DNA of 63,687 nucleotides, filler included, from Octopus bimaculoides (Eukaryota), in the NCBI RefSeq assembly GCF_001194135.2. It is 6 parts of 5 records of this genome, joined end to end, with 100 filler letters (N's around TTAATTAATTAA, not from the genome) between each part and the next. Parts side by side here need not be neighbours in the genome. Positions count along the whole stretch, not along the records: positions 1 to 15,820 come from NC_068992.1; positions 15,921 to 22,244 come from NC_068995.1; positions 22,345 to 53,421 come from NC_068982.1; 3 more parts are not named here. One strand, given 5' to 3'. Positions within the stretch are counted from its first letter, which is position 1. Each line of letters opens with the position of its first letter. Position numbers and translations under genes: made by a program. Shown here in pieces: positions 13,701-26,697 of this stretch. Under the pieces are notes generated by a model. That model had not been told where the DNA came from and ran no database searches. It was given only the letters and a program-made list of their open reading frames with translations.

Positions 13701-13919
13701 ATTAGCATAGCTAACATTCTAACTAAATTAGAAACGATTGATAATGTATTACCAGGGTCGGTGGGTTTACAGAATATTTAGAGCAATGGACAGGACGCCT
13801 TGTTCTATAGAGTTACGGAAATTTAATTTTTTCGTTCATAACATTTCACAGTCAGCTTTGCTCATCATCTATTTTGGGTCGATAGGTTGGTTTTCACTCC
13901 GTCGGTTACGACGACGGGG

Positions 13920-14270
13920 GTTCCAGTTGATCCGATCAACGGAACAGTCTGCTCGTGAAATTAACGTGCATGTGGCTAAGAACTCTACAGACACGTGTAC
14001 CCTTAACGTAATTCTCGGGGAAGATTCAGCGTGACACAGTGTGACAAGGCTGACCCTTTGGATTACAGCCACAACAGAAACAGGAAGTAAGAGTGAGAAT
14101 AAGTTGTGGTGAAAGAGTACAGCAGGGTTCGCCACCATCCCCTGCCGGAGCCTCGTGGAGCTTTAAGAGTTTTCGCTCAATAAACACTCACAACGCCTGG
14201 TCTGGGAATCGAAACCGCGAACCTACGACCGCGAGTCCGCTGCCCTAACCACCAGGACCATTGCACCTCC
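13920..14270 (-). mobile_element. tRNA-derived SINE (family F) with long conserved body
   Basis: tRNA-like head on the minus strand (GGTTAGGGCAGCGGACTCGCGGTCGTAGGTTCGCGGTTTCGATTCCCAGACC). Body (TTAATTTCACGAGCAG..GTTCCGTTGATCGGATCAACTGG) is reminiscent of Nin/Deu-type SINE domains. Confidence 0.75.
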
Positions 14271-14419
14271 ACTTGGGTCGATAAAATATATGCTAATCTA
14301 AAACTGGAGACATCTATTCTCACACTTCCCATTTCAGGACATGTGTTTATATTAAAAAAAATATAATCAGATATCACTGCGATAAAATATAACATTATAC
14401 TTCCTTGATAGATGATATG

Positions 14420-15300
14420 ACTACAGTTAATGTACAGAAACCACTTACTTTAAAAACTGGTAAAAATGGTAAATTTGTGAAATTAGAATTTGATATTTTT
14501 GGAGCGCACCCTGCTTTGAACAAATACATTGCGAACAGTAATCCGCTGTTCTTTTTTCAATAGGACAGAGTAGGCAAATTTCTGATATCTGGTAACCATA
14601 GCGAAGATCTCTCTTCGATGTAGCCCTCATGGATATTTTTCACGTTCCGCAGGCAGAGAAAGTTGAATGTGGACGGAAAGTGCTTTATTCTAAGGAATAT
14701 AACAAAGAGGGGTGGTTATGGAGAAAATAGATAGATGGGGCTCAACTTCTGTAAGCATTCACCTGTAAGCCAAATACGAAGATATAGGAGAGGACAATTA
14801 CTCTTGGTAAGAAGAATGATCTTGCATTAGGAGATTCTGTGACAGGATCTAGTTGAAATTCCTCCAGTATGAGGAAGATTGTGTTATCCATATGGTCAAG
14901 TGTTTGTATAGTATGCATAATTCCATCTCTTCTTTTCTTCCAATACTTCGCTTTCTGTATCTTTTCGGTGTTCGATAAATTTATTCCGTCACTTTTATTG
15001 CAATTCCCTCACTTCATCACTTTTCTTCTACACTTAGAAATGCCAAATTGCATTCTGATGTCATTACTAAATACTCTCACTTTACTGACAAAAATATCCG
15101 ACTTCTTTCCAGTGTTGCCGTGAATCTTTAGACCACCAATGATTGGCAAATAATAACTATTTCCCGTTTTATTTTTCCAACGTTTAATTTCCTCAACTTT
15201 AGCATGCGAAGGATAAAGAACAGTGACAAACAGTTGATATAATAAGACTGTAATTTTGGAAATAGTTCGATCCATTTTAACTTTTACAACTGGTTGTTCT
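14420..15300 (-). mobile_element. R4/Dong-like non-LTR retrotransposon RT fragment (degenerate)
   Basis: Minus frame gives VRVFSNDIRMQFGISKC...K*G...SDGINL, the post-YxDD motif typical of R4/Dong RT. Confidence 0.75.
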
Positions 15301-15735
15301 CTGACTGTTTTTTTATTTTATTTCCCAGTTACCCATGCTTAATCTCAACAGCTAAGTTATATCACTTGCAATTTTGAACATTTTGAGAGATTTCAAAATC
15401 CATGATTGTGAGACTATGTTATGAGATTTTGTAGACTATCCATGCAATTGGCTAGCGAGACTTTTCATAGAAAATTTTGTGACAACCATGACGATCAGTT
15501 GTTGTCATTTGCATCTACACAGCAATAATTGTTTTCATTAGGCTCCTCTAAGGATTATTCATTATTTTTTTCAAGGTAAATGGACAAGAGAAACGTGAAC
15601 ATACACCAAGAAAATACACCATCGCCATATCAAGGAATGAAAAGCACAATCATGTGAACATGAATGTAACCCCCTAACCACTAATCCACGTGGTTCCAGA
15701 ATTACACATATGTGCTCGTGCGTGTGCTCTTTGTG

Positions 15736-15773
<38 letters not shown>

Positions 15774-15864
15774 CACACACATACGTATATATACGTATAT
15801 ATACATACATATATGTATATNNNNNNNNNNNNNNNNNNNNNNNNNNNNNNNNNNNNNNNNNNNN

Positions 15865-15876
15865 TTAATTAATTAA
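15865..15876. other. Artificial six-frame-stop linker inside 100-bp scaffold gap
   Basis: TTAATTAATTAA flanked by 44 N on each side; identical at 22289, 53466, 58308 and 62416. Confidence 0.95.
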
Positions 15877-15920
15877 NNNNNNNNNNNNNNNNNNNNNNNN
15901 NNNNNNNNNNNNNNNNNNNN

Positions 15921-15954
<34 letters not shown>

Positions 15955-15956
<2 letters not shown>

Positions 15957-16143
15957 GATGGGTCCCACCTGCAAGGACATGTGCTATTCATCTTTCTATG
16001 AGATCATAGTGTCACCGACACTTGGTTGTGATGCATAAGCCTGGTGTACCCTAATCAGACGGGGTAGTCATGATGGATATATATAAGGCTTCGTATATTT
16101 GTACCCCAGAGTCACTTTGATGACATGCTCCGCCGTCTCACTC
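15955..16143. mobile_element. Interspersed SINE-like repeat (family G)
   Basis: GC-richer block between a microsatellite and the AAT tail of the adjacent SINE; family not identified. Confidence 0.4.
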
Positions 16144-16370
16144 AATAATAATAATAATAATCCTTTGTACTAAAAGCACAAGGCCTGAAATTTGTGGGGA
16201 GGGGACTTGTCGATTACATCGATCCCAGTGTTTTATCGTTACTCATTTTATCGACCCCGAAGAGATAAAAGGCAAAGTCAGCCTTGATGGGATTTGAACT
16301 CAGAACGTGAAAACGGACGAGATACTGCTGAGCATTTTCCCCCGGTGTGCTAACGATTCTGCCAGCTCGC
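16144..16370 (-). mobile_element. SINE family A, full length
   Basis: Reverse complement of the complete family A sequence, from the AAT tail to GCCAGCTCGC. Confidence 0.88.
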
Positions 16371-16972
16371 AATAGCAACAAAAGCAATATGAATGAGGGT
16401 CAATCGTTTAGTTACAAGGTCAATAATTTTGAAGGAAGAAAATAAGGGGATGCTATCGACACGAGTATTTAAGTGGTACTATATCTGTATTTTATCCACA
16501 AACACCCTTTTACCCACAAGAATGAAATACCGAATCTTGGAAACTAAAACGGTTTTCCTAGCAATGACCTAACCAGGGTTTCTCATTTCTCCGGTTCCTT
16601 CTTGAAGAAGCAAGACCATATCCAAATACAGCGAAGACATTAGAGAAGTTTGTTCTACTAAAGAGCGAGAAAGCAAAGGAAATGGCTTAATATCCAGACT
16701 TCCTAATATGGCTCCTTAAGTGTCAGGCTTAAGATATTTGTTTGCTAAGAACAATTATAGTATTTGAGGCTCGTGTATTGTTGCTGCTGTTGCTACCGTT
16801 GTTGTTGATGATGATAATGATGATGATGTTGTCGACTTCTGAAAAAAGAGGAAACAGTACAAAATGTTCACTCGTTAATAAAAAATTAATTAACCATATT
16901 TGTTTCAGCTCGACATATTAATTTAATTCCCTTAACAACGCGGTGTTTCCTTTACAGCTTGACCGCACTTGC

Positions 16973-16973
<1 letters not shown>

Positions 16974-17057
<84 letters not shown>
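16974..17057. repeat. (AAT)n microsatellite
   Basis: Pure AAT run. Confidence 0.98.
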
Positions 17058-17060
<3 letters not shown>

Positions 17061-18039
17061 TGATAATAATAATACTTTATACTGAGCCACAGGAAAAGCA
17101 TCTACAGCGGACTTCTAGTCGCCTAGAAATAGTAGCCATCATGTCCCCCCTCAAGTTATACCCTGCCGTAAAGTCTTTTTCGATAATGTTGGGGTAGATC
17201 ACTTAAGAAGTTGGGACTGTCACAGCCGGGATGCCTAACGTCAGAAACCTGTTTAATCAGGTTTTAACTGTAGCAAACCAACAACACCAGCAACTAACGA
17301 AGAAGCTTCTGTGCGGTCACATGATCTGCTAGAAGTGTTAGCCAACACAACCTCAAAGCACACCTTACAATTTCGAAAGAAGCAAAACAGATTTCAAACA
17401 GACAATATACTAGGGAGTACTGAAAAGTTTATGGCTTTAAAGGTATCTCATATGACCTAGTCCGAGTTCTTTTGCAGGACCGCTGCAATAAGTGTGTGAC
17501 TCTGAGAGGGGAATATGTTGAGTAAAATCATAATTAACTGACCTTCCTGTATTTTCTTTTATCAAAGCCAGGAATTTTTCAGCAGTCCTTCGAAGTATTA
17601 GAAAGACATTTTAAAAAGGTGAGCTGGTCTTCGTTGGAATATATGTTTTGTAGATCCTGTGAGTCTGGTTTAAGTTGGGGATTAAACAATACCAATTATA
17701 TGTGGTTTTTAAGAAATCGAAATCACGTCCGAGATATCTCTCGACAGTTTCGCCTCTTTGGTCAGTGGTCGCCTCTTTGTGTATAAAAATATTTTATACA
17801 CTTATATTTTTAAAAATATGTTAAGTCCTCAGACTTTTATTTATGCATGCTAACCACTGGTAATAGATTATTTTTATTTATTACCCCCATAAAGCCTATA
17901 GTGTTGCCGTCTTGATATTTGGCGTGTCTTGACCATTTTCACATCTGGCAATGCCTATGCCTCTCTAAGTATGACTAAAACTAACTTCTTCCAGAATATA
18001 GAAAGACAAATAAGAGGAATAAGAGAGAAATTGGTATTT

Positions 18040-18175
18040 GGTTTATCAACACCGAAAAGATGAAAAGCAAATTTTGACTTCAACGGGATTTGAACTCAGA
18101 GGGTAAACAGCCGAAGCAATTACTACGAAGCAATTTATGTGATATTCTAAAGATTTTGCCAACTGGCTGATTGTA
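18040..18175 (-). mobile_element. SINE family A 5' fragment
   Basis: ACCGAAAAGATGAAAAGCAAATTTTGACTTCAACGGGATTTGAACTCAGA... Confidence 0.65.
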
Positions 18176-18357
18176 TCGTATACACATAGATACTTGCATA
18201 TATATATATGTATGTATATACATATATACATACATACATATGTATATATATGTGTATGTATATATATATATATTTATATAGGCGTGTATATGTATATGTA
18301 TATATGTATTATATATACATTTATACATGTATGTATCTATTTGTCTATATCTCTCTA

Positions 18358-18394
<37 letters not shown>

Positions 18395-18576
18395 CTGTGT
18401 ATGTGTGTCTGTAGCTATCCATATACACACAGTGTATAGATAATCTGTCCATACACCCACACCACACACACACACACCACAACATACACAAACACACACA
18501 CACACACACATATGTACATACCTAATATTTTGAGTTTCTCTTTTTGCATTTGAATGAAGATAAAGTGAATTTGAAG

Positions 18577-18648
<72 letters not shown>
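18577..18648. repeat. (AAT)n microsatellite
   Basis: Pure AAT run. Confidence 0.98.
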
Positions 18649-18812
18649 GAATAAAAAGTGACGGAGAGAAACGGTGGTTTGGTAATTTAAAGCATCAATG
18701 AATCAGAAACTCTTTTAGCGTAAGATTAGTGAGGGTTATCGGGCTTTAGTCATGGCGTGTATCATATAACCGTTCATCTCTTACAATGCAGGCGGGAAGA
18801 AGGGAAAAAAAT

Positions 18813-18873
18813 CAAGAGAACAGACGACATTTTGTAAGAGAACAGACGACATGTTGTAAGAGAACAAACGACA
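18813..18873. repeat. 22-bp tandem repeat, about 3 copies
   Basis: AAGAGAACAGACGACATTTTGT / AAGAGAACAGACGACATGTTGT / AAGAGAACAAACGACAG. Confidence 0.9.
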
Positions 18874-19047
18874 GGTTTATGCTTTAAGTTTGTTTCACTT
18901 GTGCGTGTCATTCTGTAATCTGTAAAAACAAAAAAACTCAGGGTGACATACCTGCATTATGGCAGGTTATACGTAGGTGAGGGTGTTGGATAAAGAAAGG
19001 ATGGGGAACAGATGCATCGTATACACACACACACACACACACACATG

Positions 19048-19098
<51 letters not shown>

Positions 19099-19894
19099 AT
19101 GTATATATGTATGTATATATATGTATAGATACATATATATATATTTTAAGATATATATACATACGTACATATATACATGTGTGTGTATGTGTGTGTGTGT
19201 GTCTCCCCTAAAAACTGGCGAAAATAGGATAAGGACATTCTTTACTGGGAAGGGCAGGTGACATCTTGATTATATGTGTGCGTNNNNNNNNNNNNNNNNN
19301 NNNNNNNNNNNNNNNNNNNNNNNNNNNNNNNNNNNNNNNNNNNNNNNNNNNNNNNNNNNNNNNNNNNNNNNNNNNNNNNNNNNNNNNNNNNNNNNNNNNN
19401 NNNNNNNNNNNNNNNNNNNNNNNNNNNNNNNNNNNNNNNNNNNNNNNNNNNNNNNNNNNNNNNNNNNNNNNNNNNNNNNNNNNNNNNNNNNNNNNNNNNN
19501 NNNNNNNNNNNNNNNNNNNNNNNNNNNNNNNNNNNNNNNNNNNNNNNNNNNNNNNNNNNNNNNNNNNNNNNNNNNNNNNNNNNNNNNNNNNNNNNNNNNN
19601 NNNNNNNNNNNNNNNNNNNNNNNNNNNNNNNNNNNNNNNNNNNNNNNNNNNNNNNNNNNNNNNNNNNNNNNNNNNNNNNNNNNNNNNNNNNNNNNNNNNN
19701 NNNNNNNNNNNNNNNNNNNNNNNNNNNNNNNNNNNNNNNNNNNNNNNNNNNNNNNNNNNNNNNNNNNNNNNNNNNNNNNNNNNNNNNNNNNNCATCATCA
19801 TCACCACCAGCTATTGTCATCACCAACCCACCAACTCACCCCACCGCCACTTTCAACAACAGCTGCAATAACATCATTACTGCCTGGCAAAATC

Positions 19895-20035
19895 GTTAGA
19901 GTGTGGTATTTATTCATTAATTATAAGTTCGAATCCCACCAAGGTAAGCATTGCCATCCATCCTTCCTTGGTCAATAAAATGAAGTACCAATCATGTAGT
20001 GGTGTAGATTTAGTCGATTGACCCCTTCCCCAGCT
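19895..20035 (+). mobile_element. SINE family A-related fragment
   Basis: AGTTCGAATCCC B-box followed by CCATCCTTCCTTGGTCAATAAAATGAAGTACC. Confidence 0.65.
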
Positions 20036-21649
20036 ATTTAGAAAAGTTCTTGCACCTTTCAAAAAAGACTGGGAATATCCAGTGCTGTGTTAGTGAAGGA
20101 GTAGAGAAGCTGCTTCTGAATAACCCGTAGAAGACTGGAAGAGCAACTTTATATAGCGTAAATTCTTTTCGACAAAGAATCATAGAATCTGGGAAATATG
20201 TACGCTAAGAGGGTGGCATGAGACAACGTTCGTGTAGTCCTGGGTACCCTGAACGTCTCCCTCTTGAAATCTCTTACCTCGCTCCTGTCTTTCATACAGC
20301 TGCTGACTTACAACAGTATAAACAAAGCATTAATGACATCGACAATGTCACCAGCCTTGAACGACCCGAATGGCTGATGGACTCTGCCTTTCTCATCAGA
20401 CTTGTATTGTCCTTCCTAGATCAATCCGCGAAAATTTCTACTTCATCCAATAAACTGAAGAATTGATTGGTGCGGGAACTGGCCTTGGTGGAGCTTTGGA
20501 CGCTTTAAATCACATTGAAGTGTGCGTCACGGTTGAACAACATTGCTAACTGGAGGATCTAAACAGCTGATTTGGGACTTACCTCCAGAAGAAAGTTCGC
20601 TACGACGTAAAATGGCATGTGTTCGGTAATCAAGGTAAACAGTTATATTTTGATTCTTCATTAAGGATTCCCCTTTCATCTCTTCTAAATGTTGTCACGT
20701 TGAAGCCGTTACTGAGGACGTTGGAGACATTGTAGAGCATTCCACTCAACGTGGCTTTCAGGAGCGCAGTGTCTGTAAGTCGCCATCACTCGTCGAGTAT
20801 TGAAGTAAATACCGTCATTCCAGAATTGTATAAGGGTGAGATGAAAGCAGGTGTCACCACAATGCTGTGGAGCTTGTAACTTGCCAAGTTCATTGAGCAA
20901 ATCTGCTGATAGAGAAAAACAAACTTAGAAAGATATAACAAGGAGAGTCACTAATTTTAGTCAGGAATGAGAGAAAGGTATTTGTAAAAGTCGGTTGGAA
21001 ATGGTTAACGTTTCCATCGCTTCGATAATGAACTATCACCTGTCCACTAAGCCTTCTTTCAGGACGCATTCGATCAGATGGCGTCTATGTTCTCTTGCTT
21101 CTTTTAGAAAGGAGGGGTTCGGCTTTTCAAAACTCCATCTATTTCCAACACTCACTACAAAGGTTCTCGAGATGCCGTGGTTAATGATCTGGTGGCATGC
21201 GATCAAGCGGGCTCATCTACAACGATTCTTACCATAATTTTAATTCACTCCATAATTATATTACTAATTCACTGTTGTGAACCTGTCACTTTCTCTAATC
21301 TTATTGTTAATCTTCATTTTAATCTTCTTGATTTAGCGTACTTCTGTCTTAGCTAGGATTAAAAGTTTATATTTAGGGTCAATGCCAACTTAACGATCCT
21401 TAACTGCGAAATGTAACTCCCGTTTGAGTCAGTATTCCACTCTATAAATTAATGTACGTTTATGTGTTGGCTTTTAGCATTAGCATTGCTATATGTATTT
21501 TTTACTCATAAAGTTTTTTTCTTTATCGTAAAGTTGTTGTTTTTTTTGTCTCTATCGTTAAACGGTTGTATATATTGAATCCATCTCATGGATTATTAGC
21601 TGTCAAGGAATAGGAAAGAATACTGTGTATGATGTTATCTTTCTACTTA

Positions 21650-21915
21650 CGGATTCTGAAACCCCAAAGAATTCCTCTCAATACATGGCTATGATTGCTC
21701 CCCCACTACTTCTGCTCGTGATCAGAGATGCACATATCGTCAGCCACTAAAAGATATGCTCAAATAGCTTAGGTCAAGCAACTTACAAGCAAATCTGTGG
21801 TACTGAACAGAATATTTGTTGTAGCCCATCTTTCATACCAAGACAAATCGATGTCCATGAAAGCACTTCCGATTAGTTAAGATCAAAAGCCATAAAAGCC
21901 ATTTCCTGGTACTGC
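21650..21915. mobile_element. Interspersed SINE-like repeat (family D)
   Basis: CATGGCTATGATTGCTCCCCCACTAC...GATCAGAGATGCACATATCGTCAGCCACT... resembles a common cephalopod SINE body (recalled, not searched). Confidence 0.55.
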
Positions 21916-21916
21916 A

Positions 21917-22124
21917 GGCGGGCAGCTGGAAGATTCGTTAGCACGCTGGGCAAAATGCTTAGCGGTATTTCGTCTTTCTTCACGTCCTGAATTCAAATTC
22001 GGCCGAGGTCTACTTTACCTTTTATCCTTTCAGGTCGAATTAATTACCAATGAAATACTGGGGTTGATATAATCGACTAGTCTCCATCAACCGAATTTCT
22101 GGCCTTGAGCCTATAGTAGGAAGG

Positions 22125-22203
<79 letters not shown>
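21917..22203 (+). mobile_element. SINE family A with (ATT)n tail
   Basis: Full-length match to the 1278 copy, followed by a long ATT run (22124-22203). Confidence 0.88.
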
Positions 22204-22288
22204 TTTTTAAAAAAGGATTGACGTAACTCTTCACGAAGGTAAATNNNNNNNNNNNNNNNNNNNNNNNNNNNNNNNNNNNNNNNNNNNN

Positions 22289-22300
22289 TTAATTAATTAA
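22289..22300. other. Artificial six-frame-stop linker in gap
   Basis: TTAATTAATTAA between N runs. Confidence 0.95.
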
Positions 22301-22344
22301 NNNNNNNNNNNNNNNNNNNNNNNNNNNNNNNNNNNNNNNNNNNN

Positions 22345-24488
22345 TATATATACACATCAAAATACACAGATGCGTACGCACCGACAATCTATGTATATAG
22401 GTATATATTTGCAAGGCACAAATATATACATGAATACAAATTTATACACATATACATATACATGCATTTAAGTTTGTGCATGAAAAAACTTATGCGCTTG
22501 TAACAAAAATTGTATCTTAAGCTATGGAGTGGAGGGGTAAACAGTAACTTATTGATAATGACGTTACTAATATAGAAAGGGAGAAAGTGTGGCTATCGTG
22601 AGGAAGGAAAGGAAGAAAGAAAGAGAAAAAGAAAGAAAGACAGAAAAGGAAGAAAAGAGAGAAAGGTGGGAATGGGAAGAAAGGAGTAGAGAAAGAAAAT
22701 GAGCAAGAACGTATGTATATAGTAAACCTACATAAAATTTAGACTGCGTATATATGTGTATACAAAAATGTATATAGCATCACGTATATAGATATATATA
22801 TATATGGGGATATGTACGTAAACACTCACAAACATAACCGTATACATGCGTATGCGCACATTCGAGTATGTGTGAGTGTGAACCTAAGCATTCCCATATA
22901 TAACGTAGATGCACACACGCGAATAGATGCATGTATGTGTAAATAAATATAAGCATATACTCTTACCCATGTATACACAAAAATGCACACACACGAAATC
23001 ATAACTGCATATGCACAAGTGTAAACCTAAGCCCTATATGTAAGTGTAGACGCACACGTATGAATATGTAGTTTTTGGCAGCACGTAGAACTAGGACTAG
23101 GAAAATTTTGTGGTTCAACCCAGCTTTCAATATGGCCGTAAGAACTAATATAGGTTAGGAATTCTTAAAATTGGTCACTAGACACTTTCAACCTGATCAT
23201 AAATTTTACAGAAGAACGCTTAAGATTAGCTATTCTTGCTGCAAAAACGTTGCCTCTTTGATCAGCCAGCACAACAATAAGATAATTGCCAAAAACAATA
23301 ATGCCGACTCACTTAGAAAGAGCTGTAATTTCAAAGATCGAACCTCCTGTCCGTTGGAAGGGAGATGTCTAGAAAAGAGTATCGTGTATAGGGCTAAAGT
23401 CCAGATAGAAGGCTCGCGCGATTATAGAACTTATACAGGGGCTACAGAAAATTCTTTCAAAACCAGGCTGTATTCACACAAAAATTCCTGAAAATAGGAC
23501 AAAGACGAGCCTGGCAAAATACATCTGGCAATTAAAGGAAAATGAAGCCCAGCCTTTCAACGTGACATGGAGGATTTTAGGCAGAGCATCGCCTTACAGA
23601 CACGGTGCCCATAAAAGACCATTGAAATGTGATCTTTGTTTGTTGGAAAAACTGAATATCTTATTCCAAGATAAGAAGGCGCTGAACCAAAGACGCGAAC
23701 TTTTAAATACATGTAGACATGCGTCCAAATTTAAAATGCCGGCAAGTAATATACCGTATGGATAGTATATATATATTTTTTTGATAATGTTTGACTCCTT
23801 GTAACCATTGTGCAATCTTACTATTGGATTGGTACCAAATTATAAATGATTTATTAAGCGTTGTAAGAATTTTGTATAGACCCCTACGTCATTTTAAGAA
23901 AACTTTCGACTGTTATATACATAGTTTTTTTCTTCTCCCTTGTTTTTACTTTTTACTTTATTCTATTTTATTTATTCTATTTATTTTAAAACACTTTGTA
24001 TGCAAATTTTACCATTTTTATGGATGATTCGACATATAGAATTATATTATGCATGTATTTTCACCCGGTTTTAACTTTTATGCACCCAGCAGTTTCTTAA
24101 AAAGTTGTCTGCATATATACGCTGAGATATAAAAGGGTTTTTTATGTAGATGTCTGTATTGTAACAACACTTACGTATTTATATGCATGCGTCTACGCTT
24201 ACATATAGAGCCTAGGTTTACACTTGTGCATATGCAGTTATGATTTTGTGTGTGTGTGTTTTTGTGTATACATGGGTAAGAGTATATGCTTATATTTATT
24301 TACACATACATGCATCTATTCGCATGTGTGTATCTACGTTATATATGGGAATGTGTGCTTAGGTTCACACTCACACATACTTGAATGTCTGCATACGCAT
24401 GTATACGGTTATGTTTGTGAGTGTTTACGTGCCTTGCAAATATATACCTATGTACATAGATTGTCTGTGCGTACGCATCTGTGTAATT

Positions 24489-24500
<12 letters not shown>
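22345..24500. repeat. Long inverted repeat pair (22345-22419 + 22817-23072 vs 24170-24500) flanking a Penelope fragment
   Basis: AAACACTCACAAACATAACCGTATACATGCG... and CACAGATGCGTACGCAC..ACAATCTATG recur as reverse complements. The left copy carries about 400 extra bp. Confidence 0.9.
23090..23745 (+). mobile_element. Penelope-like element, C-terminal GIY-YIG endonuclease fragment (5'-truncated, frameshifted)
   Basis: RKILWFNPAF..VRTNIG*EFLKLV, CNFKDRTSCPLEGRCLEKSIVYRAKV, YTGATENSFKTRLYSHKNS, WRILGRASPY, CDLCLLEK, LNQRRELLNTCRH. Confidence 0.92.
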
Positions 24501-24521
<21 letters not shown>

Positions 24522-25323
24522 AGTTGTGGATAGTCTAGTATGCATATATGCTATTGTAATTTTATTTTATTTTGAATGCAGCGTATATTTTATTTTAGTT
24601 GATTTGATTTTAATGTGTTAATTCAAATATAATTAATTATTTACAATATGTATTTTGAGCCCATTTTTCTATTTAAGGTTTTCTTCGATATTTTTTTAAA
24701 AATAGGATGAATCTATATTAAATTCATTTGTTTTGTTCATTACGTATCCATGACCGTTATTTGAAATGACCAATCAAACAGATCTATGTGTTTAAAATTG
24801 TATATTACTTTTGATTGCATTGTTATTCCTTTCCCATTTCTAACAAAACTGTCCGATGAACGNNNNNNNNNNNNNNNNNNNNNNNNNNNNNNNNNNNNNN
24901 NNNNNNNNNNNNNNNNNNNNNNNNNNNNNNNNNNNNNNNNNNNNNNNNNNNNNNNNNNNNNNNNNNNNNNNNNNNNNNNNNNNNNNNNNNNNNNNNNNNN
25001 NNNNNNNNNNNNNNNNNNNNNNNNNNNNNNNNNNNNNNNNNNNNNNNNNNNNNNNNNNNNNNNNNNNNNNNNNNNNNNNNNNNNNNNNNNNNNNNNNNNN
25101 NNNNNNNNNNNNNNNNNNNNNNNNNNNNNNNNNNNNNNNNNNNNNNNNNNNNNNNNNNNNNNNNNNNNNNNNNNNNNNNNNNNNNNNNNNNNNNNNNNNN
25201 NNNNNNNNNNNNNNNNNNNNNNNNNNNNNNNNNNNNNNNNNNNNNNNNNNNNNNNNNNNNNNNNNNNNNNNNNNNNNNNNNNNNNNNNNNNNNNNNNNNN
25301 NNNNNNNNNNNNNNNNNNNNNNN

Positions 25324-25360
<37 letters not shown>

Positions 25361-25544
25361 GGGTACAGGACATCACCAACAGTAAACAACATTAAATACG
25401 AAAACAAATGACTTTAATATGCAAACAATGAGAGAAACAAATGGAAAACAGGACAAGTAATACAAAGAATGACCCTACATCGTTTGTGAACTGTCTATCT
25501 ACTCCTCATTTTGAGCATTGAATGACAATATGAATCTTCGAAGA

Positions 25545-25760
25545 CAATATGTCTCTCTCTTTTACTCTTTTACTTGTTTCAGTCATTTGACTGCGGCAAT
25601 GCTGGAGCACCGCTTTTAGTCAAGCAAATCGACTTATTTTTTTGTAAGCCTAGTACTTATTCTATCGGTGTCTTATGCCAAACTGCTAAGTTACAGGGGA
25701 CGTAAACACACCAACATCGGTTGTCAAGCGATGTAGGGGGACAAACGGAGACACACAAAC
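25545..25760. mobile_element. Interspersed repeat family H (SINE-like)
   Basis: TTTACTTGTTTCAGTCATTTGACTGCGGC.ATGCTGGAGCACC... recurs at 42540, 52250 (inverted), 59960 and 62760 (inverted). Confidence 0.75.
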
Positions 25761-25775
25761 ATATACACATATATA

Positions 25776-25806
<31 letters not shown>

Positions 25807-26174
25807 NNNNNNNNNNNNNNNNNNNNNNNNNNNNNNNNNNNNNNNNNNNNNNNNNNNNNNNNNNNNNNNNNNNNNNNNNNNNNNNNNNNNNNNNNNNNNN
25901 NNNNNNNNNNNNNNNNNNNNNNNNNNNNNNNNNNNNNNNNNNNNNNNNNNNNNNNNNNNNNNNNNNNNNNNNNNNNNNNNNNNNNNNNNNNNNNNNNNNN
26001 NNNNNNNNNNNNNNNNNNNNNNNNNNNNNNNNNNNNNNNNNNNNNNNNNNNNNNNNNNNNNNNNNNNNNNNNNNNNNNNNNNNNNNNNNNNNNNNNNNNN
26101 NNATATATATATATATATATATAAATCAATTTAAATAAGAGCTATAATGCGATCCATTGTAAAGACTTTATTAA

Positions 26175-26256
26175 TGACCTATGAACATTTCGATGCAATA
26201 TTCCGACTCACTCCTGTATGTTATAAAATATGGAATATTGTATCTCTTCAGGGTCA
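26175..26256 (-). ncRNA. Type I hammerhead ribozyme (left arm)
   Basis: TGACC, CTGAAGA, GATACAATATTCC, 27-nt loop, GGAATATTGCATC, GAAA, TGTTCA, TA, GGTCA. The core is canonical, stem I is 5 bp, and stem II is 13 bp with one mismatch. Confidence 0.85.
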
Positions 26257-26615
26257 GATTTGATTAATTCATAGCAAACAGCAAATAACAGGCAACATTA
26301 AAAGTTGTCTTAAACAGGTTAAAATGACAAGAAACATATTGGCACTGCATACAATATTGGTTAAGAAAACCGTTACATAGTAAAGTAAGTAAGTAAACAG
26401 TGTTGTTAAATTAGGATATTAACCTAGGATGTTAAGTAGCAACAGAGTAAGGGACGCTGTAAATATTTACACTATTTACTTACTTACTTTACTATGTAAT
26501 GGTTTTCTTAACCGATATTGTATGCAATGTCAATATGTTTCTTGTCATTTTAACCTGTTTAAGACAACTTTTAATGTTGTCTGTTATTTGCTGTCTCCTA
26601 TGAATTAATCAAATC

Positions 26616-26697
26616 TGACCCTGAAGAGATACAATATTCCATATTTTATAACATACAGGAGTGAGTCGGAATATTGCATCGAAATATTCATAGGTCA
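26616..26697 (+). ncRNA. Type I hammerhead ribozyme (right arm)
   Basis: Same motif on the + strand; the stem III segment reads TATTCA, losing one pair. Predicted cleavage is after A26692. Confidence 0.82.
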
